Positions 8,168 to 17,454 of a DNA stretch of 32,000 bases are shown one piece after another. Below the pieces are notes generated by a model, which was given only the letters and a program-made list of their open reading frames with translations, searched no databases and had not been told where the DNA came from. The stretch spans positions 1,410,001 to 1,442,000 of the forward strand of contig NC_004459.3 of the NCBI RefSeq assembly GCF_000039765.1, read 5' to 3'. Positions within the stretch are counted from its first letter, which is position 1. Each line of letters begins with the position of its first letter. The translations under genes were made by a program, and so were the position numbers. Source of the stretch: Vibrio vulnificus CMCP6 (lineage in GTDB: Bacteria; Pseudomonadota; Gammaproteobacteria; Enterobacterales; Vibrionaceae).

Positions 8168-9814
8168 ATGCGCAAGATTGTAGTTGGAATTATCATTGCC
8201 TCGCTAATGGGGTGCTCTATGGGGCACAGAGATCCCGTTGAAGTCAAACAGACCTTAAACCAGTCCATCAATGAGGCCAATAGCCGAGCACTGGATGAGC
8301 TGCCACCTTCTGTGGAAGAGGACTTAATGCCGGAACTGGAAGCGGCCAATACGGCAGGCAGCAATACGGTGAAGCGTTTTCGCATTAAAGCCAGTGGCGT
8401 TGAAGCAAGGCAGTTTTTCACCTCCCTGATCAAAGGCACGGAGTTCAGTGTCGCAGTTCATCCCGATGTAACAGGGCGTATCACGCTGAATGTCAGTGAT
8501 GTGACGCTCGATGATATCTTATTGATCGTACAAGATATGTATGGCTACGATGTGATTAAAACGGGCAAGGTTATTCAAGTTTACCCCGCTGGTTTGCGCA
8601 CCGTGACCATCCCGGTCGATTATATCCAGTTTCAACGCTCTGGTCGCTCTTTAACCAGTATCGTGACCGGCTCTGTGACCTCGACGGGCTCTACCAGCTC
8701 CAGCGGTGATTCTGATTCTAATTCCAATAACAGTTCGAATAACTCCAATAACAGCGGAGATAACACAACCACAGCCAGTGGCGGCACCCGCATTGAAACC
8801 ATTACGGAAAGTGATTTCTGGCCGTTATTGCAACAAGCAGTGGCGGGCTTAATTGGTTCAGGTAAAGGACAAAGTGTCGTCGTGACACCTCAAGCGGGGG
8901 TGATTACTGTTCGTGCTTTCCCGGATGAGATTCGCGAAGTAAGGCAATTCCTCGGCATTTCTCAAGAGCGCATGCAGCGCCAAGTCATTCTTGAAGCCAA
9001 AATTCTTGAAGTCACCTTGAGTGACGGCTATCAACAGGGGATCAATTGGTCGAACATCTCAGCGTCGATTGGTAATTCTGGCAGCATCGTAGTGAACAGA
9101 CCGGGCTCTACCGTATTACCTGGCTTGGATGCCATTGGCTCACTGCTCGGTGGGCAAACCAATGTAACGATCTCTGATGGTAGCTTTGAAGCGGTATTAA
9201 GTTTCATGTCTACTCAAGGTGATTTGAACGTGCTTTCTAGCCCGCGCGTTACCGCATCGAACAACCAGAAAGCAGTCATCAAAGTGGGTAACGATCAGTA
9301 TTACGTCACCGCGTTGTCAAGCAACGTGGGCAATGATGATAAATCTAAAGCTGTGCCTGAAGTGACGCTAACGCCATTTTTCTCGGGTATTTCTCTCGAT
9401 GTGACGCCACAAATTGACGATAAGGGCAATGTGTTCTTGCATGTACACCCTGCGGTGATTGAAGTGGAAGAAGAAACCAAGCAATTGAATCTGGGCGGTG
9501 ACTTCCAAAACGTCACTCTTCCTTTGGCCAAAAGCTCTATTCGTGAATCTGATTCGGTGATTCGTGCTCGTGATGGTGACGTGGTGGTTATTGGTGGTTT
9601 GATGAAGTCGAACACGATTGAACGCGTGTCTAAAGTGCCATTTTTGGGTGATATTCCAGCCTTGGGCCACCTGTTCCGCAATACATCGAACTTAACGCAA
9701 AAAACGGAACTGGTTATTTTGCTTAAGCCAACGGTAGTGGGTGTGAACACTTGGCAGAAAGAGCTAGAGCGTTCAAGGGATCTGCTTCAAGAATGGTTCC
9801 CTGATCAGCAGTAG
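8168..9814 (+). CDS. mshL: MSHA outer-membrane secretin MshL
   Basis: Lipobox MRKIVVGIIIASLMGC; N-domains and a C-terminal secretin domain (VPFLGDIPALGHLFRNTSNLTQKTELVILLKPTVV). ATG 8168 fits the lipoprotein signal better than TTG 8159. Confidence 0.93.
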   Translation: MRKIVVGIIIASLMGCSMGHRDPVEVKQTLNQSINEANSRALDELPPSVEEDLMPELEAANTAGSNTVKRFRIKASGVEARQFFTSLIKGTEFSVAVHPDVTGRITLNVSDVTLDDILLIVQDMYGYDVIKTGKVIQVYPAGLRTVTIPVDYIQFQRSGRSLTSIVTGSVTSTGSTSSSGDSDSNSNNSSNNSNNSGDNTTTASGGTRIETITESDFWPLLQQAVAGLIGSGKGQSVVVTPQAGVITVRAFPDEIREVRQFLGISQERMQRQVILEAKILEVTLSDGYQQGINWSNISASIGNSGSIVVNRPGSTVLPGLDAIGSLLGGQTNVTISDGSFEAVLSFMSTQGDLNVLSSPRVTASNNQKAVIKVGNDQYYVTALSSNVGNDDKSKAVPEVTLTPFFSGISLDVTPQIDDKGNVFLHVHPAVIEVEEETKQLNLGGDFQNVTLPLAKSSIRESDSVIRARDGDVVVIGGLMKSNTIERVSKVPFLGDIPALGHLFRNTSNLTQKTELVILLKPTVVGVNTWQKELERSRDLLQEWFPDQQ

Positions 9815-9821
9815 TGTAACC

Positions 9822-10670
9822 ATGTATTTGCAGCACTTTGGTTTTCACACTCAGCCTTTTTCGCAGACCCCAAACACCGAATTGTTTTTGGGGTTAGCAC
9901 CGCACTTTGAAGCGATTCAAACCGTCATGGCGGCGCTGGACATGGGAGAGGGGATCGTCAAAGTGACTGGGGAAGTGGGCACTGGTAAAACCATGGTGTG
10001 CCGCATGTTGATTGATCAACTGAGCGATAAGGTGAACTTGGTTTATCTACCCAATCCCGTGTTGAGTGGCCATGAGTTGCAAATGGCCATTGCGCGCGAA
10101 ATGGGGCTAAAAACCTATGATAGTGTCAGTTTGGTACCACTGATCCAAGACTGTTTGATAGGCATGCGTCAGCGTGGTATGCGTACGGTGTTGTTAGTGG
10201 ATGAGGCTCAAGCATTGCCATTGGAGGCGATGGAAGCATTGCGTCTGTTTGGCAATTTAGAAACCGAGCAAGAGAAATTGTTACAGATAGTGCTATTTGG
10301 TCAGCCTGAGCTCGATGAACGTATCGCCCAACATGAGTTAAGGCAATTTCGTCAGCGTATAACGTTTAGCTGCCAACTACGACCACTGACGATTGAAGAA
10401 GGTGTTGCCTTTATCGATAGTCGCTTAGCGAAGGCGGGAGATGGTGAGCATCAATACCTCACCACAGAGCAAAAGAAAGCACTTTGGCGCGGGGCTGGTG
10501 GCATTCCTCGTTTAATCAACCAGTTGTGCCATAAGGCGTTTTTGTTGGCTTATATGCAACAACAGAAAAATGTCACTAATCAACATTTATTTACCGCGAT
10601 TCATGACACTTATGATGCGTGTAAACCTTTGTTTAAAACCCCGGTATTGTGGGGATGGAGAGCATCTTGA
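9822..10670 (+). CDS. mshM: MshM, ExeA-like AAA ATPase
   Basis: 282 aa, MYLQHFGFHTQPFSQTPNTELFLGL; Walker A GEVGTGKT; Walker B VLLVDEAQAL. Confidence 0.92.
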   Translation: MYLQHFGFHTQPFSQTPNTELFLGLAPHFEAIQTVMAALDMGEGIVKVTGEVGTGKTMVCRMLIDQLSDKVNLVYLPNPVLSGHELQMAIAREMGLKTYDSVSLVPLIQDCLIGMRQRGMRTVLLVDEAQALPLEAMEALRLFGNLETEQEKLLQIVLFGQPELDERIAQHELRQFRQRITFSCQLRPLTIEEGVAFIDSRLAKAGDGEHQYLTTEQKKALWRGAGGIPRLINQLCHKAFLLAYMQQQKNVTNQHLFTAIHDTYDACKPLFKTPVLWGWRAS

Positions 10671-11788
10671 GCGAAATAAACAAAGCGCTTGCTGAATTGG
10701 CAAGTCAGAAGTCGCAACCTGCTCAACTGCAAAGAGCGGAGCTGCCAAAAGTGACCTCGGTGAAACCGATTGTATGGATTGCCACTGGATTCGGTTTGAG
10801 CTTAGCCGTTGGGGGTTGGGCAATCACACAATCCGCGCCTGTTAGCCAAAATTACTCTGAGCCAGTGACCACGACGGTCGTCACGGTTGCCGAAGAAACC
10901 TTACGCTCTCCGACACAAAAAACACCATCCGAGGGAGCGCAAAGTGTCACTGTTTCTCAACCAAACATCGTCACGACTGCGCGAGTGGAAAAGGCAACAT
11001 CTGTTGCTCCCTCTTCGGTAAAACCAGCAACAGCGCCAAGCAAATCGGAAACAACGCTGGTAGCGAAAGCCGCTGTGAAACCATCGGCTACGGAAAATCA
11101 GCTGGTTTCTCACTCAGTACCAAGCCAAGTGAAGGCTCAAGCCCCCGCTGCACAAAATACGCCAGCGGTGGAAAACAGTATGTTGGTTGAACAAGTTGAG
11201 TTAACCCAAGAACAACTAGCCGAAAAAGCCATTGGTCGAGCGGAAAAAGCGCTGGATGCCAATAACTTACAAAATGCTTTGTCTGCCTACAGCGACGCTC
11301 TGCGCCATACACCCAACAACGAAGTGGTGAGACAGAAATTAGCGGCACTCTATTTTGGTAAAGGAGACAGCCGCAAAGCGTATGAATTGCTTCAGGCTGG
11401 GATTGCTCTCAATCCAGAAGGGGAAACCTTACGCATTGCATTAAGCAAAATGCTGATCAAAGCCAATCAAAATGAAGCTGCGCTCACCCCCTTGGTGGCA
11501 CTGTACGATGATTCTGGAAAAGAATATCTCGCGATGCGCGCCGCGTTAGCACAAAAAATTAAGAAAGATGACATTGCATTAGAAAGCTATCAGCGCCTGA
11601 GCCAAATGGACAGCGAAAATGCACGCTGGTGGCTAGGGTTGGCGATTCAACAAGAGCGGGCATTGGATTTCAAATCGGCGCAAGTGTCTTATCAAGCCGC
11701 ATTGAGTAAAGTCGGAATATCCAATCAATCGCAACGTTTTATCAAAGATAGACTCGCGCTGTTACAAAATTTGGAGAGTGCACAATGA
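10655..11788 (+). CDS. mshN: MshN, TPR-containing MSHA biogenesis protein
   Basis: MESILSEINKALAELA with one TM (PIVWIATGFGLSLAVGGWAI), Pro/Ala/Thr-rich linker, TPR-type repeats (EKALDANNLQNALSAYSDALRHTPNNEVVRQKLAALYFGKGD). ATG 10655; GTG 10649 possible. Confidence 0.88.
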   Translation: MESILSEINKALAELASQKSQPAQLQRAELPKVTSVKPIVWIATGFGLSLAVGGWAITQSAPVSQNYSEPVTTTVVTVAEETLRSPTQKTPSEGAQSVTVSQPNIVTTARVEKATSVAPSSVKPATAPSKSETTLVAKAAVKPSATENQLVSHSVPSQVKAQAPAAQNTPAVENSMLVEQVELTQEQLAEKAIGRAEKALDANNLQNALSAYSDALRHTPNNEVVRQKLAALYFGKGDSRKAYELLQAGIALNPEGETLRIALSKMLIKANQNEAALTPLVALYDDSGKEYLAMRAALAQKIKKDDIALESYQRLSQMDSENARWWLGLAIQQERALDFKSAQVSYQAALSKVGISNQSQRFIKDRLALLQNLESAQ

Positions 11789-13509
11789 AAGTAAGATTAA
11801 GAAAGCGACTTGGTGATCTTCTTGTAGAGGAAGGCATTATCAATGAAGCGCAACTTGATCAAGCACTCGGCGCGCAAAGAAGTGGTGGGCGTAAGCTTGG
11901 CGATACGCTGATTGATTTGGGTTTTTTGTCTGAACAACAGATGCTGGCGTTTTTGTCGCAGCAACTTGATCTGCCTTTGATTGACTTAAATCGAGCCACG
12001 GTCGATATCGATGCAGTGCAGTTGCTACCAGAAGTGCATGCTCGTCGTCTACGTGCATTGGTGATTGGCCGTAATGGCGACACGTTGCGCATTGCGATGA
12101 GTGATCCTGCGGACCTTTTTGCACAAGAAGCGTTGATCGGTCAGCTAGGACAATATGGCATTGAGTTTGTTATCGCGCCAGAAAGGCAATTGGTGGAAGG
12201 CTTTGACCGCTATTATCGCCGTACCAAAGAGATTGCCAACTTTGCCGAGCAGTTGCAAGCGGAACACCAAGTCAACGATGCATTCGATTTCAATATTGAA
12301 GATGACGACAGCGATGAAGTGACGGTTGTTAAGCTCATCAACTCGATGTTTGAAGACGCCATTCAGGTGGGGGCGTCGGATATCCATATCGAACCAGACG
12401 CCAATGTGTTGCGTTTGCGCCAACGTATTGATGGCGTGTTGCACGAAACCTTGCTGAATGAAGTCAACATCGCGCCAGCATTGGTACTGAGATTGAAACT
12501 CATGGCCAACTTGGATATTTCAGAAAAGCGTCTGCCACAAGATGGCCGTTTTAACATCCGCTCCAAAGGTCAGTCGGTGGATATCCGTATGTCGACCATG
12601 CCAGTTCAGTATGGTGAGTCGGTGGTAATGCGTTTGCTCAATCAATCTTCCGGAGTCAGAAAATTAGAAGACTCCGGTTTGCCGGACGATCTTTTAGTGC
12701 GTCTGCGCCGACAGTTGAAACGTCCGCATGGCATGATCCTTGTTACTGGCCCTACGGGTTCTGGTAAAACCACCACGCTGTATGGTGCTCTAACAGAATT
12801 AAACCAACCGGGGAAAAAGATCATCACAGCGGAAGATCCGGTTGAATACCGACTGTCGCGTGTCAACCAAGTGCAGATCAATCCGAAGATCAACCTTGAT
12901 TTTTCCACGGTGTTAAGAACGTTCCTCCGTCAGGATCCCGATATCATTTTGATTGGTGAGATGCGTGACCATGAAACGGTTGAAATTGGCCTGCGAGCGG
13001 CGCTGACCGGTCACTTAGTATTGAGTACCTTACACACCAATGACGCCGTAGACAGTGCGCTTCGTATGATTGACATGGGGGCACCTGGTTATCTGGTCGC
13101 GAGTGCCGTACGTGCTGTGGTCGCGCAGCGATTGGTGCGCCGTGTCTGTCCGGATTGCAAGACAGAAGATCATGTTGGCGAGTCACGCAAAGCGTGGTTG
13201 GCACAACGCTTCCCAAATCAAGTGGAAGCGGGTTTTGTGAAAGGGCGCGGTTGCCAAAACTGTAACTTAACAGGCTATCGCGGCCGTATTGGTGTGTTTG
13301 AAATGCTGGAACTTGAACATGGAATGATGGACGCGTTGCGCGCCAATGATGCCGTCGAGTTTGCGCATGCTGCGCGTCGTTCGCCAGGCTATAAACCTCT
13401 GTTAGCGTCGGCAATGGAGTTGGCGCTACAAGGCGTAGTGAGCTTAGACGAAGTGATGAATTTAGGCGAAGGTGACTCCTCTGGGGTTGCTGAAGCGATC
13501 ATTATGTAA
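11785..13509 (+). CDS. mshE: MshE, GspE/PilB-family extension ATPase with c-di-GMP-type MshEN domain
   Basis: 574 aa. N-terminal RLGDLLVEEGIINEAQLDQALGAQ and KLGDTLIDLGFLSEQQMLAFLSQQ motifs; Walker A GPTGSGKTTT; CPDC...CQNC zinc-binding motif. Start overlaps the mshN stop. Confidence 0.96.
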   Translation: MKVRLRKRLGDLLVEEGIINEAQLDQALGAQRSGGRKLGDTLIDLGFLSEQQMLAFLSQQLDLPLIDLNRATVDIDAVQLLPEVHARRLRALVIGRNGDTLRIAMSDPADLFAQEALIGQLGQYGIEFVIAPERQLVEGFDRYYRRTKEIANFAEQLQAEHQVNDAFDFNIEDDDSDEVTVVKLINSMFEDAIQVGASDIHIEPDANVLRLRQRIDGVLHETLLNEVNIAPALVLRLKLMANLDISEKRLPQDGRFNIRSKGQSVDIRMSTMPVQYGESVVMRLLNQSSGVRKLEDSGLPDDLLVRLRRQLKRPHGMILVTGPTGSGKTTTLYGALTELNQPGKKIITAEDPVEYRLSRVNQVQINPKINLDFSTVLRTFLRQDPDIILIGEMRDHETVEIGLRAALTGHLVLSTLHTNDAVDSALRMIDMGAPGYLVASAVRAVVAQRLVRRVCPDCKTEDHVGESRKAWLAQRFPNQVEAGFVKGRGCQNCNLTGYRGRIGVFEMLELEHGMMDALRANDAVEFAHAARRSPGYKPLLASAMELALQGVVSLDEVMNLGEGDSSGVAEAIIM

Positions 13510-13518
13510 GGTTAAACC

Positions 13519-14739
13519 ATGGCAACCTTTCATTACCAAGGCAGAACGCTTGACGGCAACAAAGCCAATGGACAAATCGATGCGGTGACCTCAGAAGCGG
13601 CTGCTGAGCAACTGATGAACCGAGGGATCATCCCAGTATCGATAACCCAAGGCAAAACGGGGTCTGGGCTCGATTTTGATCTCAATGCGTTATTCGCTCC
13701 TGCGGTGCCATTGGAGATCTTGGTGCTCTTTTGTCGCCAGTTGTACAGCTTGACCAAAGCAGGGGTGCCATTACTGCGCTCGATGCGTGGTTTGGTGCAA
13801 AACTGTGAGAATAAGCAACTTAAGGCAGCCCTTGAAGAGGTCGTGGCAGAGTTGACCAATGGTCGCAGTTTATCGGCGTCCATGCAGTTACACTCAAAAG
13901 TGTTTAGCCCTTTATTCGTCTCAATGATTCATGTTGGGGAAAATACGGGTCGACTGGATCAGGCTTTATTGCAACTGGCCAATTATTACGAGCAAGAGCT
14001 GGAAACACGTAAACGAATTAAAACCGCCATGCGTTACCCGACTTTTGTGATCAGCTTTATTGTGGTGGCGATGTTTATCCTTAACGTCAAAGTGATCCCA
14101 CAGTTTGCGTCGATGTTCAGTCGATTTGGGGTGGATTTGCCATTGCCGACGAGAATTCTGATTGGCATGTCAGAATTTTTTGTTAACTACTGGATGCTGT
14201 TGGCGGGATTCATCGTAGGGCTTATCTTTGGCTTCAAAGCGTGGGTCGCGACGGCGGATGGCCGAGAGCGTTGGGATAAATGGCGATTAAAGTTGCCCGT
14301 CGTTGGTGGGGTGGTCAACCGTGCTCAGCTGTCGCGTTTTTCACGCACGTTTGCGCTGATGCTCAAAGCGGGCGTGCCACTGAATCAGTCACTGGCATTA
14401 TCGGCAGAAGCGATGGGCAACCGTTACTTAGAACTGAAGATCCTTAAAATGAAAGCCGACATTGAAGCGGGTAGCCAAGTCTCTGTCACGGCGATAAACA
14501 GCGGTATCTTTACTCCTTTGGTGATTCAGATGATTTCTGTTGGGGAAGAGACGGGTCGTATTGACGAGCTCTTGATGGAGGTCGCGGATTTCTACGATCG
14601 AGAAGTGGATTATGATCTGAAAACCCTCACTGCTCGCATTGAGCCGATTCTGTTAGTGATCGTGGCGGGTATGGTATTGGTGTTGGCGCTGGGTATTTTC
14701 CTACCAATGTGGGGAATGCTCGATGTTATCAAAGGTTAG
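13519..14739 (+). CDS. mshG: MshG, GspF/PilC-family inner-membrane platform protein
   Basis: 406 aa with duplicated T2SSF domains (GVPLLRSMRGLVQNCEN..., GVPLNQSLALSAEAMGN...) and GEETGRIDELL motifs. Confidence 0.94.
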   Translation: MATFHYQGRTLDGNKANGQIDAVTSEAAAEQLMNRGIIPVSITQGKTGSGLDFDLNALFAPAVPLEILVLFCRQLYSLTKAGVPLLRSMRGLVQNCENKQLKAALEEVVAELTNGRSLSASMQLHSKVFSPLFVSMIHVGENTGRLDQALLQLANYYEQELETRKRIKTAMRYPTFVISFIVVAMFILNVKVIPQFASMFSRFGVDLPLPTRILIGMSEFFVNYWMLLAGFIVGLIFGFKAWVATADGRERWDKWRLKLPVVGGVVNRAQLSRFSRTFALMLKAGVPLNQSLALSAEAMGNRYLELKILKMKADIEAGSQVSVTAINSGIFTPLVIQMISVGEETGRIDELLMEVADFYDREVDYDLKTLTARIEPILLVIVAGMVLVLALGIFLPMWGMLDVIKG

Positions 14740-14742
14740 CCT

Positions 14743-15204
14743 GTGATTCGGGATAGTCATCGTGCCAGCCTAGTGCTTTGGTTGGCATTAGTATTGGTGA
14801 TTATGGCGGTATTTGTGCAGTGGTGGCGACCAGTTGAATCGGAGGCGTCCAAAACGGCTGCCCAAGTCTCAGTAAAGCGAATGTTAGAGCGAGCGAACCT
14901 GTATAAGCAGGAATGGCTCTTGCAGGGAAAACCTAAGCAGATAGAGATGGATGGACAATCCATTCCTCTTTCTACTTATGGATGGGTGCCCTTAATTGGT
15001 GAAAATGGGCAGCTAGATTGTCAGAGATGGTTAGACTTTCACTCTCCAGAACGTCGTATTTTGGAATCTCATTTAACCAATGTAAGCGAAAGTAAGATAA
15101 ATGAAACCTATCAATGTCAATTTAACTACCAGAATGGCTTATTGATTGTGGTAAGTCAGCAACATAAGATATTGAAAATTAGTGTCGAAAATATGGCAGA
15201 ATGA
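14743..15204 (+). CDS. mshF: MshF, MSHA biogenesis protein
   Basis: 153 aa, single N-terminal TM (ASLVLWLALVLVIMAVFVQWW), GTG start 3 nt after the mshG stop; position between mshG and mshB. Confidence 0.78.
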   Translation: MIRDSHRASLVLWLALVLVIMAVFVQWWRPVESEASKTAAQVSVKRMLERANLYKQEWLLQGKPKQIEMDGQSIPLSTYGWVPLIGENGQLDCQRWLDFHSPERRILESHLTNVSESKINETYQCQFNYQNGLLIVVSQQHKILKISVENMAE

Positions 15205-15246
15205 TATTTTTTGACGCATTAGTCTATTTTGATATTCAAAGATAGG

Positions 15247-15252
15247 TATAAT
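15247..15252 (+). promoter_or_regulatory. Candidate -10 of the structural pilin operon (mshB promoter)
   Basis: Perfect TATAAT about 30 nt upstream of the mshB ATG. TTGATA (15229-15234) is only 12 nt away, so the -35 assignment is unclear. Confidence 0.4.
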
Positions 15253-15282
15253 AGCCGAAAACCTATAAGTGAAAGGTTGAGT

Positions 15283-15861
15283 ATGAAACAAAATCAAAAC
15301 GGTTTTTCTTTGGTTGAATTGGTTGTGGTGATCGTGGTTGTCGGTTTATTGGCAGTTGCGGCGCTACCACGCTTCTTGGATGTCACTGACGCTGCGAAGA
15401 AAGCCAGTATTGAAGGTGTAGCAGGTGGATTTGCGACGGGGGTTTTATCTGCGCGAGCGCAGTGGGAAGCCGAAGCTCGTCCGTCAAGAAACATCAATAG
15501 CCAAGAGCAAAATACCGTCAACTACGATGGTGTCGATTTTTGGTTAACGCGTTCTAAAGACGCTTCGAATGCCGATACGGGCTTCCGAGATGGTTATCCT
15601 TGGGGCTTGGCGGGCAACTTTGCGAGTTATCCAGCGGCGCTAACTGGCCAAATGTGTGTAGACTTAATGGAGAACCTTCTGCAAAACCCACCAAAGGTTG
15701 GTATTGAAGGCTCTGGCACCACAAGTGATAACGGCTTCAAATATTCCGCATCTGCTGACTCAGCAAATGCTAAATGTACTTATATTCAACTTGACGGCAA
15801 TACTAAGCATCAGTTTGAATATGAAGCGAAAAATGGTCGTGTGACCGTAACTTTGCAGTAA
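15283..15861 (+). CDS. mshB: MshB minor prepilin
   Basis: Type IV prepilin leader and N-domain MKQNQNG/FSLVELVVVIVVVGLLAVAALPRF. Start moved from 15229 to the ATG at 15283 to give the prepilin leader. Confidence 0.92.
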   Translation: MKQNQNGFSLVELVVVIVVVGLLAVAALPRFLDVTDAAKKASIEGVAGGFATGVLSARAQWEAEARPSRNINSQEQNTVNYDGVDFWLTRSKDASNADTGFRDGYPWGLAGNFASYPAALTGQMCVDLMENLLQNPPKVGIEGSGTTSDNGFKYSASADSANAKCTYIQLDGNTKHQFEYEAKNGRVTVTLQ

Positions 15862-15894
15862 CCCTGCACGATTTAAACATAGAGAGAGAACACT

Positions 15895-16350
15895 ATGAAA
15901 AGACAAGGCGGTTTCACCCTGATTGAGTTAGTTGTGGTGATTGTAATTCTAGGTATTTTGGCAGTAACTGCGGCTCCGCGTTTTCTAAATCTGCAGGATG
16001 ATGCGCGTTCATCGGCGTTGCAAGGATTGAAAGGTGCAATGGCAGGTGCTGCAGGTATTGTATATGGTAAGGCTGCAATTGAAGGTCTTGAAGCGATTTC
16101 TTCAGGTCGTTCGATTTCTGGAGCAAATGGGAACAATATCAACCTTGTTTTTGGTTATCCTGAAGCCTCAGCTAATGGTATTGGACGCGCAGTTGCTGGT
16201 ATTGACGAAGATTGGTCAGTGATCTCATCAGGTACTGGAACAATCACGTATGGTTTCGAGAATAATACTGCATGTTTTGTTACTTATGCTATTAACGCAA
16301 CAGCAGCTACCGCTCAGGAGCCTGCAATCACGGTCACCGAATGTAATTAA
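15895..16350 (+). CDS. mshA: MshA major pilin (prepilin)
   Basis: 151 aa, [38 protein letters not shown]; two C-terminal Cys (TACFVTY...TVTEC); purine-rich RBS AGAGAGAGAAC. Confidence 0.95.
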   Translation: MKRQGGFTLIELVVVIVILGILAVTAAPRFLNLQDDARSSALQGLKGAMAGAAGIVYGKAAIEGLEAISSGRSISGANGNNINLVFGYPEASANGIGRAVAGIDEDWSVISSGTGTITYGFENNTACFVTYAINATAATAQEPAITVTECN

Positions 16351-16355
16351 ATAAT

Positions 16356-16380
16356 AAAGGCCAGCTTAGCTGGCCTTTTA
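16356..16380 (+). terminator. Intrinsic terminator between mshA and mshC
   Basis: AAAGGCCAGC tta GCTGGCCTTT followed by TATTT, right after the mshA stop and 24 nt before the mshC ATG. Confidence 0.82.
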
Positions 16381-16402
16381 TTTCTGCCGAACAGCGTAAG
16401 CT

Positions 16403-16888
16403 ATGATAAAGCGTGCACAAGCTGGTTTTACTCTCGTCGAGCTGATCGTGGTGATTCTACTGCTCAGTATCGTCTCTGCTTATGCTGCCAGTCGCTATAT
16501 TGGCACTGGCAGTTTTTCTGCGTATGCCGCGCAAGAGCAGGCGATTTCGATCATTCGTCAGCTTCAAGTCTATCGTATGCAGTCCAACACCACGAATTCT
16601 GCCAATCCAAATTTTGAGTTAACCGCCAGCGGTGGTTGTTTAGGTTCAACCGCAGGTTGTACTGCTGCCAGCACGCCTCAGGCCGCGGAATCACGCAGTG
16701 ATGTGATGCGCCTCGATGGTGTTTCCGTCTCCTCGACAATTTCTCCTATTCGCTTTGATTTGCGTGGTAATCCATTGCAGACCAATGGTTCTGCTCTTAA
16801 CAGTGTCACCATTACCTTTACGGCCTCCGGAGAGAGTGCTTCGGTTTGTATCAATAGCCAAGGCTACGTGAGTGGTGGGGGCTGCTGA
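16403..16888 (+). CDS. mshC: MshC minor prepilin
   Basis: Prepilin motif MIKRAQAG/FTLVELIVVILLLSIVSAYA. Confidence 0.9.
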   Translation: MIKRAQAGFTLVELIVVILLLSIVSAYAASRYIGTGSFSAYAAQEQAISIIRQLQVYRMQSNTTNSANPNFELTASGGCLGSTAGCTAASTPQAAESRSDVMRLDGVSVSSTISPIRFDLRGNPLQTNGSALNSVTITFTASGESASVCINSQGYVSGGGC

Positions 16889-17454
16889 TGAAAAAACAGC
16901 AAGGGATGACACTTATCGAAAGTATTGTGGCGATGGTATTGATTGCCGTTGCTATGGTGACCTTGACCAGTTTGCTCTTTCCCAATGTAAAAAATTCCGC
17001 GGCGCCGCACTACCAAACGCGTGCCATTGCGTTAGGACAAGGCTTTATGAGCCAAATTCTCGCACGTGGTTTCGATCACAACAGCAATTTTGATGGTGGC
17101 AGTACACGTTGTGGTGAAGATGGCGTGTTGTGCACTACTGCTGATGGCTTGGGCGCAGAAGAGGCTCAAGTGGTCGATTATAACGATGTCGACGATTATA
17201 TTGGTTGTTGGTATACCACCAATACCCAATCTCAATGCCCAACGGGTTCGGTTCAAAAGTCATTAGCGGATGTCTTTGGCAGTACCATCAACACCGAATA
17301 TCCGAATTTTCGGGTTGATGTGCGTGTGTTCTACGATGGCAATATGGATGGCAGTGACGATGGGGCTGTGAGTACCCTAAAGCGCATTGAAATGGCAATA
17401 CACGCCGGTCAATACGGGCCGTATCCTCTTGTTGCCTATAAGGGGAACTATTGA
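16888..17454 (+). CDS. mshD: MshD minor prepilin
   Basis: Prepilin motif MKKQQG/MTLIESIVAMVLIAVAMVTL; ATG overlaps the mshC TGA. Confidence 0.9.
   Translation: MKKQQGMTLIESIVAMVLIAVAMVTLTSLLFPNVKNSAAPHYQTRAIALGQGFMSQILARGFDHNSNFDGGSTRCGEDGVLCTTADGLGAEEAQVVDYNDVDDYIGCWYTTNTQSQCPTGSVQKSLADVFGSTINTEYPNFRVDVRVFYDGNMDGSDDGAVSTLKRIEMAIHAGQYGPYPLVAYKGNY

Noticed and set aside
9301-9750. 149-aa minus-strand ORF (and 9368-9670) antisense to mshL
   Set aside because: Shadow ORF opposite a well-supported conserved secretin domain; the translation has no recognisable domain.
12944-13414. 156-aa minus-strand ORF antisense to mshE
   Set aside because: His/Arg/Pro-rich translation typical of the antisense frame of a conserved ATPase gene; no domain recognised.
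15229-15252. TTGATA...TATAAT as a complete sigma70 promoter
   Set aside because: The spacer is only 12 nt, too short; only the -10 hexamer is retained as a low-confidence call.
15229-15282. Track start of the mshB ORF at 15229 and 18-aa N-terminal extension
   Set aside because: ATG 15283 gives the canonical short prepilin leader MKQNQNG/FSLVE, and the upstream stretch overlaps the promoter-like TATAAT.
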